Below are positions 12,232 through 25,236 of a DNA stretch of 64,000 nt, piece by piece; within the stretch, counting starts at the first letter, position 1, and every line of letters begins with the position of its first letter. This stretch comes from Octopus vulgaris (Eukaryota), in contig OX597822.1 in assembly GCA_951406725.2 (NCBI GenBank), forward strand, positions 82,212,001 through 82,276,000. The letters are read 5' to 3'. The notes below the pieces were generated by a model. That model was not told the DNA's origin and ran no database searches. It saw only the letters and a program-made list of their open reading frames with translations. The position numbers and the translations under genes are program-made.

Positions 12232-12585
12232 TGAGTGTTGGGCCTCACAGAGGCAACAACCAAAACTTTTGGCATTATGTCCTGCTTGAGAAGACACTTC
12301 AAGCCGAGCAAAATTGCAGTTGTGGCAGATACTGGTATCATGCAATTGGCACTGTGCTGGTGGCACGTAAAAGCACTCCAGTATCACACAAATGGCACCT
12401 GTGCCAGTGGCACGTAAAAGCATCCATTACACTCTCAGAGTGGTTGGTGTTAGGAAGGGCATCCAGCCATAGAAACCATGTGAAATCAGAGTGGAGTCTG
12501 GTGCAGTCTTCCAGTGTGCCAGCCCAGTCAAAGTGTCCAATCCATGCCAGCATGGATAACGGATGTTAAATGATGATGATGATGA
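12232..12585 (+). mobile_element. SINE family C, long variant
   Basis: Reverse-complement match to 7683-8045. Confidence 0.85.
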
Positions 12586-12644
12586 TAAATATATAATGTC
12601 CATATACACATGAATAATGGATGTACACATGTATGTACATATAG

Positions 12645-12703
<59 letters not shown>

Positions 12704-13467
12704 TTTGAAGTAAATAAATTTCAGTGTAAAACTAGAACATGAATCTATAAATACTGGTTTCAAATTTTGGCACAAGGCCAACAATTTCAGGGGATAGGGC
12801 AAGTTGATTGCATTAACCCCAGTGCATAAATGGTACTTATTTTATCAAACGACTGAAACAAGTAAAAGAATAGAAGAACAAAAGAATATGTGATGTGTGA
12901 ATGTTTGGTTACCATGGATCTTCACATGACTCAGTTACGGTGACAAGAATGTCACATCCATGTCTGCTGCAAACAGTAAGTCCTGTTGCTTGGCATTTTC
13001 AAATTCTGAAGACCAGAGGAAGGGAAAATACTTTAGTTGAAAAAAAAACACGCAGTATTTTAAAAAAGCAGGGCATCCAGTTGTAGGATCCTGTGGCCAT
13101 AAATACAGGACAAACATATCAGCAATAGGAAAAAAATGACGAGCACATATATATGTGTGTGAGAGATCAGCATTTTCCCACACAGACATTCACACACATT
13201 CACACTTGAAGTGGAAGCATCTCAATTTAAACAACAGAGTCTTATGAGTTTGTGACAAATTTCAATCTGTTGGAGTTGAAGCAAAATACAAAATATATAA
13301 ACACATATATACCATATGTGCATCTCTTTTAAATTAATGAAATATAGTCAGGATTAGTGAGACAAGTATTTTAATTATTCCTAAATATAAGGAATTTAGA
13401 AAAAAATCATGTTTATATGAGATTGCAGCAATTCTGTATACTGATTGTGTGCAGGCATTCATATATG

Positions 13468-13701
13468 TATTTCTTTACTACCCACAAGGGGCTAAACATA
13501 GAGGGGACAAACAAGGACAGACAAAGGGATTAAGTCGATTACATCAACCCCAGTGCGTAACTGGTACTTAATTTATCGACCCCGAAAGGATGAAAGGCAA
13601 AGTCGACCTCGGCGGAATTTGAACTCAGAACGTAACGACAGACGAAATACTGCTACGAATTTCGCCCAGCGTGCTAACGTTTCTACCAGCTCGCCGCCTT
13701 A
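13468..13701 (-). mobile_element. tRNA-derived SINE family B (Meta-like core), young copy with TSD
   Basis: Reverse complement: aaggcggcgagctgg...gagttcaaattccgccgaggtcgactttgcctttcatcctttcggggtcgataaattaagtaccag. CpGs intact; flanked by agg(c/t)attcatatatg direct repeats. Confidence 0.92.
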
Positions 13702-14089
13702 AGGTATTCATATATGAACACACATACATGCATGTGCATATGCAATGCGCTTCTTTTAGCCTTTTGTCTTCCAAATCCTATTTCTTTACTACCCAAAAGG
13801 GGCTAAACACAGAGAGAACAAACAAGGACAGACAAATGGATTAAGTCGCTTATATCGACCCCAGTGTGTAACTGGTACTTAATTTATTGACCCATAAAGG
13901 ATGAAAGGCAAAGTCGACCTCAAATCCATTTTCAAGAGGTTTTAGTAAAAGACACTTGCTTGGAAGTGGAACTGAACTTGAAACCATGTGGCTGGGAAAC
14001 AAACATTTCAACTGCACAGTCATGCCTGTGCCTACATGTATATACACATACATACATGCATGTATACATACATATGTACGTACATGTGA

Positions 14090-14129
<40 letters not shown>

Positions 14130-15506
14130 TGGTGTCATGAAATTTGATTTAATTTCCAGACAAGTATAAACAAGCTCCAAATATTATTCAAGACATGTTT
14201 TTGTGCTTGTGGGTGAGGAATGTGTGTGGGTGTGGAACAAGTGCGTGTGATGCCTCTGTGTGTGTGTGTGTGTGTGTGTGTGCATGCATGAGTGCATGCT
14301 TCTGCGCATACTGAAATTCTGGCCAAAGGTTTTCCCTCTCAGAAACTGGTGGGCATATATGTAAATATTTTGGCATCTGCATCTATATATACATGCGTAT
14401 AGCCTTTATTTAAATGTCTGTGCAAGATATTACTAGTATCTATATACTTGAATGTTTGTGTGAGTGTGTGTACATACATGCTTCAATTTGTAGAATAGGA
14501 TGTGGATGCAGAGAATTGTATGACAGACAGACAGACAGAGAGGAAGAGAGAAAGAGAAAGAATATGTTACACATATATAGATATGTGTATCATCATCATC
14601 ATCATCATCATCATGTCCCTGCTTCATTCTGGCATGGGTTGGATGATTTGACAGGATCTAACAACCCCAAGGACTAGAACAGGCCCCAGTGTCTGCTTTC
14701 ATAGTTTTGACAGTTGGCAGTCCTTCCTAATGCCAACCACTTTATAGAGTGGACTGGAAGCTCTTTTTTAATGGCACCAGCACTGGTGAGGTCACCATGT
14801 AATGTGCCAGGTTATGAAGCCTGAGAGGGATGGTCTGCTGTGAAGAGACAAGTACTTAAGGTATGAAGAAGGGGTCAGAGCAGAACAGGTTTCTTGTTGT
14901 AGAGGGGGTTATGTAATTACATTTTAGAAGGGAGGGTGGCATAATCAGGGTGGGGCTGTGAAGCGATAAAAATAGTGGTGATGAGGTGTGTGTATGGACT
15001 CTCAAGGTACAAAGTGAGTAGAAGTGAATGGGAGAGGGTGAGTGTACATGAGTAGAGGTTCCAAGAGTGAATTGGAGCATGAGATATGAGGAATGGATGA
15101 AGGAAAGAATAGAGTGAAAGAAGTGTTGATTGATGATACGTAGGGAAAGTGGGAGAAGAGTAGGTGACAACTGTAGAGATTGGATAAGGCTGAGGGGTGG
15201 ATGTAGTGCATGGTTGATAGGGAGTAAGGGGGTGACCAAGGGTACAGGAGGGTTGGGTATATTGCAAAAATGATGGAAGGGGAAATGCAAGTGTAGTGCA
15301 TGGCAAGAGTAAGAGATATATGGTGGCTGGTGGGGGATGTAAAATATGGTAGGAGAGAAGGATATTAATGATGAGGGTTGCATATTAAATGAAGTGGAAC
15401 CTGGTAGTGAGAAAGATTAGTGATATCAAGGAAAAGCTTAGAGATAAAGTGTGGTGGGGTGTTTTAAGGGAGAGATTAAGCAAAGGGTATAGTAATACAC
15501 ACACAC

Positions 15507-15545
<39 letters not shown>

Positions 15546-15650
15546 CACACCTGTGCACATGCATGCATGCATACATACATAAACAGAGCACAACCAAATC
15601 TAGTTTTGCCAAGTTGGTCATTTTGAAGAGTGCATCTTACCAGTCATCCT

Positions 15651-16620
15651 CATCCTTTGTCATCACCTCTGCAAGATTCAGTGTCCTAAGTTTTGTTGCC
15701 ATTCCATCATCCCAGATCTTCCCCCATCTCCCTATTCTGCAAGCTCCATCCACATTAAGTGATCATCACTTCTTCATATAACTGTCCCCATCCATACATA
15801 CCCCTATCCAAACCAACACAATCTTCTTTCCTGCACACTACATCTGATTCCTCTTAAGTTCAGTTTTTCCCTCAGCACTATGTCTTTCAGTCACACTTGC
15901 ATTGCACATCCAATGGAGCATGCTAGCTTCATTTCTTTCCAGTCTTCTCAAGTCCACTGCATTTGACCTATTAAGTCCCAGAGTACTTAAATTTCTGAAT
16001 ATTACTTTGAAATTTTTACAGATGATTGAAAATAGGTTAAAATGGAAAAAATAATTATTAAAACTCTAGAAATGGAAATACTTGGTGTCCCTATAAATAG
16101 GACACTGGGACAATGTGATATAGCTTATTTAAGGTTTTCATTTAGTGTCCTATTTATAGGACAATGGGACTTAATGGGTTAAGGCCCGTGTATCTCACTA
16201 CCATGCAGCATTACAGTCCTAACACAAGCATCATACAATCTGTCCTGCACTCTCATGGAAAAGATCTTTGTTGCTTGTAGGAGCTAAAGCTTCCTGAACT
16301 TTTTCTAGCCTGTTCTTACCCTGGCTACCTTACTTTTAGAACAATCACCTTACTCATTGTTATGTCACCTAGGTAACAAAAGCTATCAACTAACTTTAGC
16401 AACCCACAAGTATTGACTGAGGATTGAACCTTGGTGAACTAACTTCATGTTAGATTTGTCACTGACATTGTTGACTCCCATTTTACTTACTGCATCTTTG
16501 TACATAGCTTGTACAGTCTTCAGGAGCTACTGATCCACACCTAGTTTCCATAGTGACTATCAAATTACAGAGCATGGGACCCTGTCAAACGTCTTCTCCA
16601 AATAAATGAAAGCCAGAAGT
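15651..16620 (-). mobile_element. Decayed, internally deleted RTE-like LINE
   Basis: Minus-strand peptides LAFIYLEKTFDRVP, VHQGSILS, RLYDACVRTVMLHGSE, LRRLERNEASMLHWMCN. Confidence 0.8.
15967..16178. mobile_element. piggyBac-like MITE inserted in the LINE
   Basis: TIRs cctattaagtccca / tgggacttaatggg, flanked by ttga / ttaa. Removing it with one TTAA restores the LINE sequence (..ALNAVDLRR..). Confidence 0.8.
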
Positions 16621-18248
16621 AATGGATTAATACATATATACATTCATACATATATACATACACATTTTATGAGATACTTGTATGTATGTATGTAAATATA
16701 TTTATATATTTGATATATGTGTGTGCTTCTATATGTATGTATGTATGTATGTATGAATGTATGTGTGCATGTGTATGTTTGTGGGTATATGCATGTATGT
16801 GTATTTGCATGCACTTGCACATACACCTGGACATGCACACCCACACACACTCTTAGATATAAATTTTGATTAATACTTTTGGATGGAATTCAAAGAATTT
16901 AATTTTGTTTTCCATTTGGAATGTTTTCCAGTTTTCTTTCTATTTTTGACCCATCTGAAGCAGCTGGTGGGATTGGCGCTATTTTTGGTCATAACCATTA
17001 TCTTTTGCTAATTTGTGCTGTTTTCCTTGAAGTTGTTATGTGAGATGCCTTTGTGGTCGGAGATGTTGTTGTTGCTGCTGTCATTGTTGTTTAGCCCCTG
17101 GTTAATAAGATCAAAAATATTCAAGACACATCCATGATGTCATTTTGTTCTCAGGTAGGATATAGCTCCAACCATGACCACCACTATCCAATAAATCATT
17201 CCCTACCTCATCTCTCCACTTTATGGTTTAAGATGCTAGGGCAGTGGTTTTCTATCTTTTGTGAGAAACTGGAAATTAAAAAACATGACTTAAGATTAAA
17301 TCTTTATTTTTTTTTTTACTGTTTCAATCATTGAACAGGACATACTGGTTATGGAAGACATAAATAGTGTATCAATATTAGTCAGAGATTGGCAATGCAA
17401 AAACGCGCAGATATAAACACATACATGCAAACGCACACACAAACACACATACATGTGTGTGTATGTATCATCATCATTTTAATGCTTGTAGCTTTTTCCA
17501 TGCTTGCAAGGACCAATGGATCAAATGAGTGTGTAGGAAAACAAACTTTTTCCCACTTGCAAACACGCTTCCCAATGGGGGTAATAATCTCGATGTCCAT
17601 TAGACAACAAACCCATGACCCAACAATCTGGACCCCAATGTCCAAATTATTAAACTATGGGCCCTTTGTCAGCTACCCTACAAAGGTACTTTATCAAATC
17701 CAGAAAGATGATAAAGCTGACCTTGACAAGATTTGAACTTGGATTTCAAAAGCCAGTTGAAATACTGCAAAGTACTTCATCTGATGTTTCTTCCAATTTG
17801 TTGTCTATCTTATTAATCAGGGTACTGGTTTGAAAGCAAGAACAATGGTCTTTCAGACCATTTCATTAGTAACAGTCATGAGAGAGTTGCTTTTAAATTA
17901 AATTTTAACTTTGAACACTGCCAAAATATATTGATGAAGGATAAATTCTGAAGCAATTGTCTGATTATAGCAAGAAAAATAAAATCCATACCTGGACAAA
18001 AATAATTCTTAATCTATTGGCACAATATATATATATGTATATGTGTGTGTATTTGCAGAGAGAGACGGGGGAGAGAAAGAGGGAGTGAGAGGGGGGGAGA
18101 GAGAGTGGGGCTGCAAATAGGGAAATCATTAACCATTAAAAGTTTGAAAAATAAAAATGGTTCCTAAACAAAATAAAATTATCAGAAAAAAAGCAATCCT
18201 AGAACCCACATGTACATGCGTGTATATATGCATACCTATGTGGATGTG

Positions 18249-18281
<33 letters not shown>

Positions 18282-18916
18282 ACATATATGGATGGATGTA
18301 TACATGCATGCATAGATAGATAGATAGATATACATAAATACAGGTTAAATGGTTGAGTTGATGTTCTCAGCAGGTATTTTCATTGTTTCTATGAAAGACA
18401 TGATGTGGAACAGATAGTATTAATGGTCAGTTGATAACGTCATATACACATACAGGATCACATATCTTCAAATACACATACACACATGTATGTATGTAAT
18501 AGGGATTTACAAATACAGGCAGATATCTTATCAGCACTCTGAAGCTATCCAAACTTGGCTAACTATAATGATCAACAGGTGTAGCACTACACAAAAAGCA
18601 CCCAGTACACTCTGTAAAGTGTTTGGCATTAGGAAGAACATCCAGCTATAGAAGCCATGTCAAAACAGACAACTGGAGCATGGTGCAGCCCCTGGCCTAG
18701 TCAGTGCCTGTCAAACCGTCCAACCCATGCTAGCATGGAAAACTGACATCAAATGATGATGAGGTGGAGTTCATAAAATCCAAATATAATTTATATCTGT
18801 GGTTGTACTCCTAGTTTGTTTAGTAAATCTAAAGTTCACTTAGGAAAAGCTCCAAAATTCCAGAGCATATTAGAAAGACATTAACTAGAAAGAATAACAA
18901 TAAATTTTCAATACAT

Positions 18917-19360
18917 GATTACACTGTAAAAAAAAAAAAAAAAAAAAAAAAGAAGCCAACACGTGTTTCTGCTATGTAAGTATCTTTGGATATAATAATT
19001 CATTGGTACAAAATACAAATCAATCCATATCGAATCAATTGTGATATCAGATTTTTCACAAAAATTTATGCTAACAAAAACTGTTAAAGGCAACCCACTC
19101 ACATGGAAATCAAATAAAATCTGAGATTTTAGCATCAATACAGGGAACTAATCAAATATATATTGATGCTAAAATTCCAGTCGTTGTTTGATTTCCATGC
19201 AAGTGGGTTGCTTTGAAAAAATTATGCTAGCATAAATTTTTGGATATATCTTATAAAACAATTGATTTGATATGGACTAATTTGTAAACTTGTGCCATTG
19301 AATAATTTTTAAAGATATTTACATAATCGAAACACGTGTTGACTTTTGGTATGGTGTAAT
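18917..19360. repeat. ~440-bp imperfect palindrome (fold-back MITE-like)
   Basis: caacacgtgttt...ggcaacccactcacatggaaatcaaat...attttagcatcaata mirrored by tattgatgctaaaat...tttgatttccatgcaagtgggttgc...aaacacgtgttg; loop about 19141-19160. Confidence 0.9.
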
Positions 19361-20804
19361 CCTGTTTTAAAGATGTGTTGTTCTTCATTCTAGTTAATGC
19401 CATTATATATTGCCCCCCACCACTGACATACACACACATACCACATAAAAATATGCATTCATAAACTGAAACATACACAGTTGTATAAAAACCTACATAT
19501 CTGTGTGCAGACACATATATAGATGCATATATACACTTAAAAACAAATATGTACACACAGATATGTACACAAACATTTGTGCACACACATACACATCTCT
19601 CTGATACAACTAGATATTTATTAAGAATTTCATAAGTTCACCAGCTATCCCATTTATTCACTCATTAAGGGCAACATGTAGGATGGTGGAGAGTGATGGG
19701 TAGTTTAGAACATTGTGTGATGAGAGGAGCAGCAATGGTGATGAAAATTCTGGGTCAATAAACAATTTCATTTTTATGTCTTTCATCAGCCCAAGCACAT
19801 CATGGCATGCCAAGTCACATATTTTTAAATTTATCTCAACAGATTTTCTACAGAATTCAGAACTAACAATGAAAGCCAGTAATTTTGAGGGGTGGGCATT
19901 AACTTATAACATTAACCTGTTGATTGACTGGTACTTTATTTTATCAACTCCAGAAGAATGAAAGGCAAAGCTGTATCTTTCAAGTTATCCCCTTATTAGC
20001 TGTTATAATGGTAGCTACATTGAGTGTGGTGGAGTAGTATAACTTAATGATATTCCTATTGAAAATACCATCATATCTACGTTACAGAGGATACTTATTT
20101 TCAAAAGGTACGCCTCAGAATTGTTCTAGTCCACCACACATACACAGATACATGCACACACACACACAGATACATGCACACACACACACAAACGCACATT
20201 GCATGCATGTGTGTGCATGTGTGTGTGTGTGTGTGCAGTCATTTCATCCTAGTGAGGAATGAATTTAACATGTAAATAGTTGTAGGAAATACCACGTGGT
20301 ATTTTGTCTAATGATTCTGGCAATCCATCTTCCATTAATGATGAGGATAATGGCCATGGTGGTGATAGTGATGGTGGTGTTTCTGGTGGTGGTGGTCATG
20401 GCAGTAGTGGTAGTAACGAGGATGATACTGTAGTTAGTTGTGATGATAGTGGCGGGTATGGAATTGGCAGCAGGGGTGGGGTGGAGGCAGCAGCAGTTGA
20501 GATGATGATGGCTGTAGTGATGATGATGGTAGCTGCAGCAAGGATGATGATGGTGGAGAGAGTGGTGGTGGTGATAACAATTTCTAATTTAGGCACAAGG
20601 CCAGCAAGCTTTGAAGAGAAAGGTTGATTTATTATAATATTACTCCAGTTTCAAATAAAATTATCTATCAAGTTATAAATAATTTATTGAAGAGATAAGC
20701 AATTAAATGAAGTGATAGATAAATAAATAATTAACATGAAATTAAAAATTAATAAACTCTGAATTCTAACACTTATAGATTAGATTAATTCGGATTACTC
20801 CATG

Positions 20805-20856
<52 letters not shown>

Positions 20857-21222
20857 CGTGCACAGTCACATGTGTTCATCTATGAGAGAGGAGGGGAGAG
20901 AAAATAAAAAGATATGATCTATTTGTATATCGATCTGTGTGCATGCATTTGTGTGTGTGTGTAAGTGTATGTATCTTTGTACGTGCACATGTGTGTGAGT
21001 GTGAATGAAACTAAAAGTTAATGAGTAACGTGTATTTATATTCAGGTGCATGGAGGGTGAGGCATGGGCAGAGTATGTCTGAGCCTATAGACGTGTGTGT
21101 GAGTGCATGCATGCCTAACTATATATACATATATATAAATATACATACATACATGTACACACACACACACACACTCATGCGTATGTATACATATATAGCA
21201 TCATTTACTATCATGTATATAT

Positions 21223-21267
<45 letters not shown>

Positions 21268-22706
21268 CATGCATATGCATATGGTGGGGTGTATGTATTG
21301 ACAAACAGACAGACAGATACTTTAAATGGGTACACAGAAAGGTGTGACATTACTTAAGAAATTAGGTATGACTGAAATACTCTACACTCCATTCCTATCC
21401 TCAACACATTATTATATCTCTAGAAAAGCTGCTGTGCAGAATCCAAGCTATCATATAAAAGAAATATAACTGTATTTTATGCTTTGTGGAATGTATACAT
21501 GTTTCAGTAAGCTAATTGTTATTACACAAGCTGGTTGGCCATATTATGCAATAACAGTTGACACACTTCTTCAGCATTATCATCAAAAATACAACACAAA
21601 AAAAATTGTAATGCCTTGTATGCAAATTATAATACCAATATGCAAATTGAGTGCTGTTTGGTTAATGTAACAGAACGGCAGATGGAGGAAGTGAGAGGGT
21701 AACGATGTACAAGACAGAAATGAGATAGGTTGGAGATAAAAAGGTTGTCAAGGTCTAAGCCTTCACTCACTTGTACTCTGGTGGACCAATACACTCTTGC
21801 ACATGCTTGCAAAGGTACACATAGGCTTATTGGACTTATATAGTAAGAAGGGAAAGAAGAGCAACATGAGGTGCAGGTGGGGGGTGAACTCCAAACAACA
21901 TTGTATCACTAGTAAGAACAATAGTTACAAACAACAATAATATCAATAATAAAATAATGATAATAATAATGATTTGAAATGTTGGCACAAGGCCAGAATT
22001 TCTGGGAGAAAGGTAAATCGATTGCATCAGTCTTAGTGCTCAACTGGTCCTTATTTTATCAATCCCAAAAGGATGAAAGGAAAAATTGGCCTGAGCAGAA
22101 TTTGAACTCAGCACATCATCATCGTTTAACATCTGCTTTCCATGCTAGCATGGGTTGGACGGTTCAACTGGGGTCTGGGAAGCCAGAAGGCTGCACCAGG
22201 CCCAGTCTGATCTGGCAGTGTTTATACAGCTGGATGCCCTTCCTAACGCCAACCACTCTGTGAGTGTAGTGGGTGCTTTTTACGTGCCACCGGCACAGGT
22301 GCCAGACAAGGCTGGCAAACAGCCATGATCGGATGGTGCTTTTTACATGCCACCGGCACGGAGGCCAGTCAGGGTCGGTCGGAAGAAATGCTGCTATACA
22401 TTTATCTCAGCATGGTAATGTTTCTGCTAGCCCCCACACCCATTAATAATAATGGTTTCAAATTTTGCCACAAAGGTAGCCATTTTGGGAGGAGGGGATG
22501 AGCCAGTGCGAAACTGGTACTTAATTTATCGACCCCGAAAGGATGAAAGGTACAGCTGACCTCAGCAGAATTTGAACTCAGGACACGAAGATGGATGAAA
22601 TAGCGCTAAGCATTTTGTCCAGTGTACTAACGATTCTGCCTTAATAATAATAACGATGAACATTATTTACATTTGACGGATATTTGTCCTCATCTTGTTT
22701 GTTGTT

Positions 22707-22752
22707 AATACAACGTTTCGGCTGATACACCCTCCAGCCTTCATCAGGTGTC
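22707..22752 (-). ncRNA. Minimal type I hammerhead ribozyme
   Basis: Reverse complement: gacac-CTGATGA-a-ggctg(gagggtgtat)cagcc-GAAAC-GTT-gtatt. Confidence 0.75.
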
Positions 22753-22931
22753 TTGGGGAAATTTCAAACCGGGGTTCTCATTCCTAAGGTATTAGGGCTA
22801 CTAACCCCAAGATTCCGAGTTCGATTCTAAGCAATGACCTAAATAATAATAATAATAATGATAATAATAATAATAACAACAACAACGGAAAATACCTTAG
22901 GAATGAGAACCCAGGTTTGAAATTTCCCCAA

Positions 22932-22977
22932 GACACCTGATGAAGGCTGGAGGGTATATCAACCGAAACGTTGTGTT
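22932..22977 (+). ncRNA. Minimal type I hammerhead ribozyme
   Basis: gacac-CTGATGA-a-ggctg(gagggtatat)caacc-GAAAC-GTT-gtgtt; stem I gacac/gtgtt; palindromic ACGT in place of stem III. Confidence 0.75.
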
Positions 22978-24322
22978 AGCAACAATCAAGATGAGGACAA
23001 ATATCCGTCTAATGTAAATAATGTACATAATTCCTCATCTCTTAAATATAGAACTGAATGACGATGATAATATTAGCAAACAAATAATCAATATTTCCAA
23101 TTTTAGCAGTAAGTTGGTCATCTTTGAAGGTTGTAGTCAATTACATCAAGTCCAGTCTTCAATTGGGACTTATTTTATTGACCCCTGAAAGAATGGAAGT
23201 TGAAGTCAACCTGGACAAAATTTGAACTCAGAATGTAAAGAGATGAAAAGAAATGCTCATTAAGAGTTTCATAATTAACCCATTACAATACAGGTAAACT
23301 TAGGCATCCTTGAGATTTAGGGAAATATGTAACATTTACAAGCTGATAAGTTTGAACGGGGCATGCCTTCCTAATAAATGTAAAAGATTTCTTAGGGGAA
23401 GAAAGAGGGAAAAAGAAAGCATATATATAATGTATATACAATGGTGGTGCTCCAGCATGACCGCTGAAATGAGTAAAAGAGTAATTGAAACATGTCTGTC
23501 TGACGAATGCCATCAGGCAGAAATTTCAAAGCCAACTTTGCTCTTCTTGTAAGAGTTTAATAAACATGGGCTCTAACTGCAAAATATTGAGTGATTTTTC
23601 AGTTTAATGGTGAATGGTTTCGACACAGGCATGGTTGTGTGGTTAGAAGCTTGTGTTCCAACCACATGGTTCAGAGTTCAGTCCCACTGTGTGGCACCTT
23701 GGGCAAATGTCTTCTACTATAGCATCAGACCAACTATAGCTTTGTGAGTGGATTTGGTTGATGGAAACTGAAAGAAGCCCATCATGTGTGAGTGTATGTT
23801 TATCTGTGTGTGTGTGTGTGTGTGTATGAGTGTATGTTTATCTGTGTGTGTGTGTGTGTGTGTGTGTATCATCACTACCGCTTCACAACCAGTGTTGGTA
23901 CCTTTGTGTGCCTGTAACTTAGCAGTTCAAGAAAATGGAATGATAGAATAAGTACCAGGCTTAAGGTAATAAGTTAGGGGTTCAATTCATTCAACTAAAT
24001 ATTCGTCAAGGTGGTGCTCCAGCAAGGCCACTTGACTGAAACAAGTAAAAGATAAAAGAACTTGATGTAATAACATTTACACACACACACACGTTTGTTT
24101 TTATATGACGTGTGTGTGTGTGTGCATTTTGTATATATCAATATATACATGTATGCGTAAATGTGTATGAACCTAACAATGTATTGTACTTCGTTTATCA
24201 GCAACCCACTTCTGTGTCCTTGTGTAATGATGTAGGACATATCTGTGTGTGTGTGTGTTCTTTAAATTCAATTCTGTTTTTCTAATTCACACTGTGCTAT
24301 GCATAAACAGATTATATATACA

Positions 24323-24366
<44 letters not shown>

Positions 24367-24369
24367 GTG

Positions 24370-24535
24370 ATGATTTACAAAACAAACAAAACAGGTGTGT
24401 AAACAACAGATGTATTAGTTTAACGCTCGGGAAGTGAGAAAGTCTTTTACGTTTCGAGCTTACGCTCTTCAACAGAGAGGAACACAGAAATAAACAGGGA
24501 GAGAAAATAGAAAAAAGTATAGTGGCTAGCGATGA
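24370..24535 (-). mobile_element. Short PLE-pLTR-like unit with hammerhead motif (24442-24480) and (TA)n tail
   Basis: Reverse complement: CTGTTGA-a-gagc(gtaa)gctc-GAAAC-GTA-aaagac...gagcgttaaactaatac...(ta)n. Confidence 0.7.
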
Positions 24536-24608
24536 CTTGTTTCAGTCATTAGATTGTGGCCATGCTGGAGTACCACGTTGAAGAATTGAACCCCTAACTT
24601 GTTACCCT

Positions 24609-24647
<39 letters not shown>

Positions 24648-24828
24648 CACATCATCATCAATTAATGCTCTTTTTCCATGTTAACATGGGTTGGACCATT
24701 TGACAGAGGCTGACTATGCAGAAGACTGCACCAAGCTTCAATGTCTGTTTTGACATGGTTTTTACTGCTGGATGCCCTTCCTAACCCCAACCACTTTACA
24801 AAGTAGACCAAGTGCTTTTTATGTGGTA

Positions 24829-24862
<34 letters not shown>

Positions 24863-24865
<3 letters not shown>

Positions 24866-25155
24866 TGTGACCGACAAGGCTATCAGATGTTGCTACACAT
24901 TGCTGGTCACAATGCGCTTCGCATTGTTTTAGCCTTCAAATGATGCCACCCTGCTGGCTAAGCGAGCAGGCCACCAGAAGAAACAATGAGAGAAAGTTGC
25001 GGTGAAAGAGTACAGCAGGGGTCGCCACCACCCCCTGCCGGAGCCTCGTAGAGCTTTAGGTGTTTTTGCTCAATAAACAACGCCCAGTCTGGGAATCAAA
25101 ACCGCAATCCTACGACCGCAAGTCCGCTGCCTTAACCACTGGGCCATTGCACCTT

Positions 25156-25157
<2 letters not shown>
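24863..25157 (-). mobile_element. tRNA-derived SINE family D
   Basis: Reverse complement begins gaaggtgcaatggcccagtggttaaggcagcggacttgcggtcgtaggattgcggttttgattccc (tRNA-like head). A 3' fragment recurs at about 42945-43050. Confidence 0.8.

Positions 25158-25236
<79 letters not shown>

Larger units (their letters stand above)
22660..23056 (+). mobile_element. TSD-bounded element: inverted HHR arm + tRNA-like segment + (AAT)n + HHR arm
   Basis: 134-bp inverted arms 22660-22793 / 22891-23024; flanked by aataacgatga (22649-22659) and aatgacgatga (23057-23067). Confidence 0.85.

Noticed and set aside
14856-15383. 175-aa Pro/Ser/His-rich ORF in a purine-skewed tract
   Set aside because: Compositional bias explains the open frames; no motif or splice signal; adjacent to repeats.
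20304-20627. Gly/Asp-rich 107-aa ORF
   Set aside because: Degenerate (GGT/GAT)n trinucleotide tract running into a SINE end.
25085-25157. tRNA genes at SINE heads (also 54455-54527 and 22795-22830)
   Set aside because: Incomplete cloverleafs attached to SINE bodies; not functional tRNA genes.
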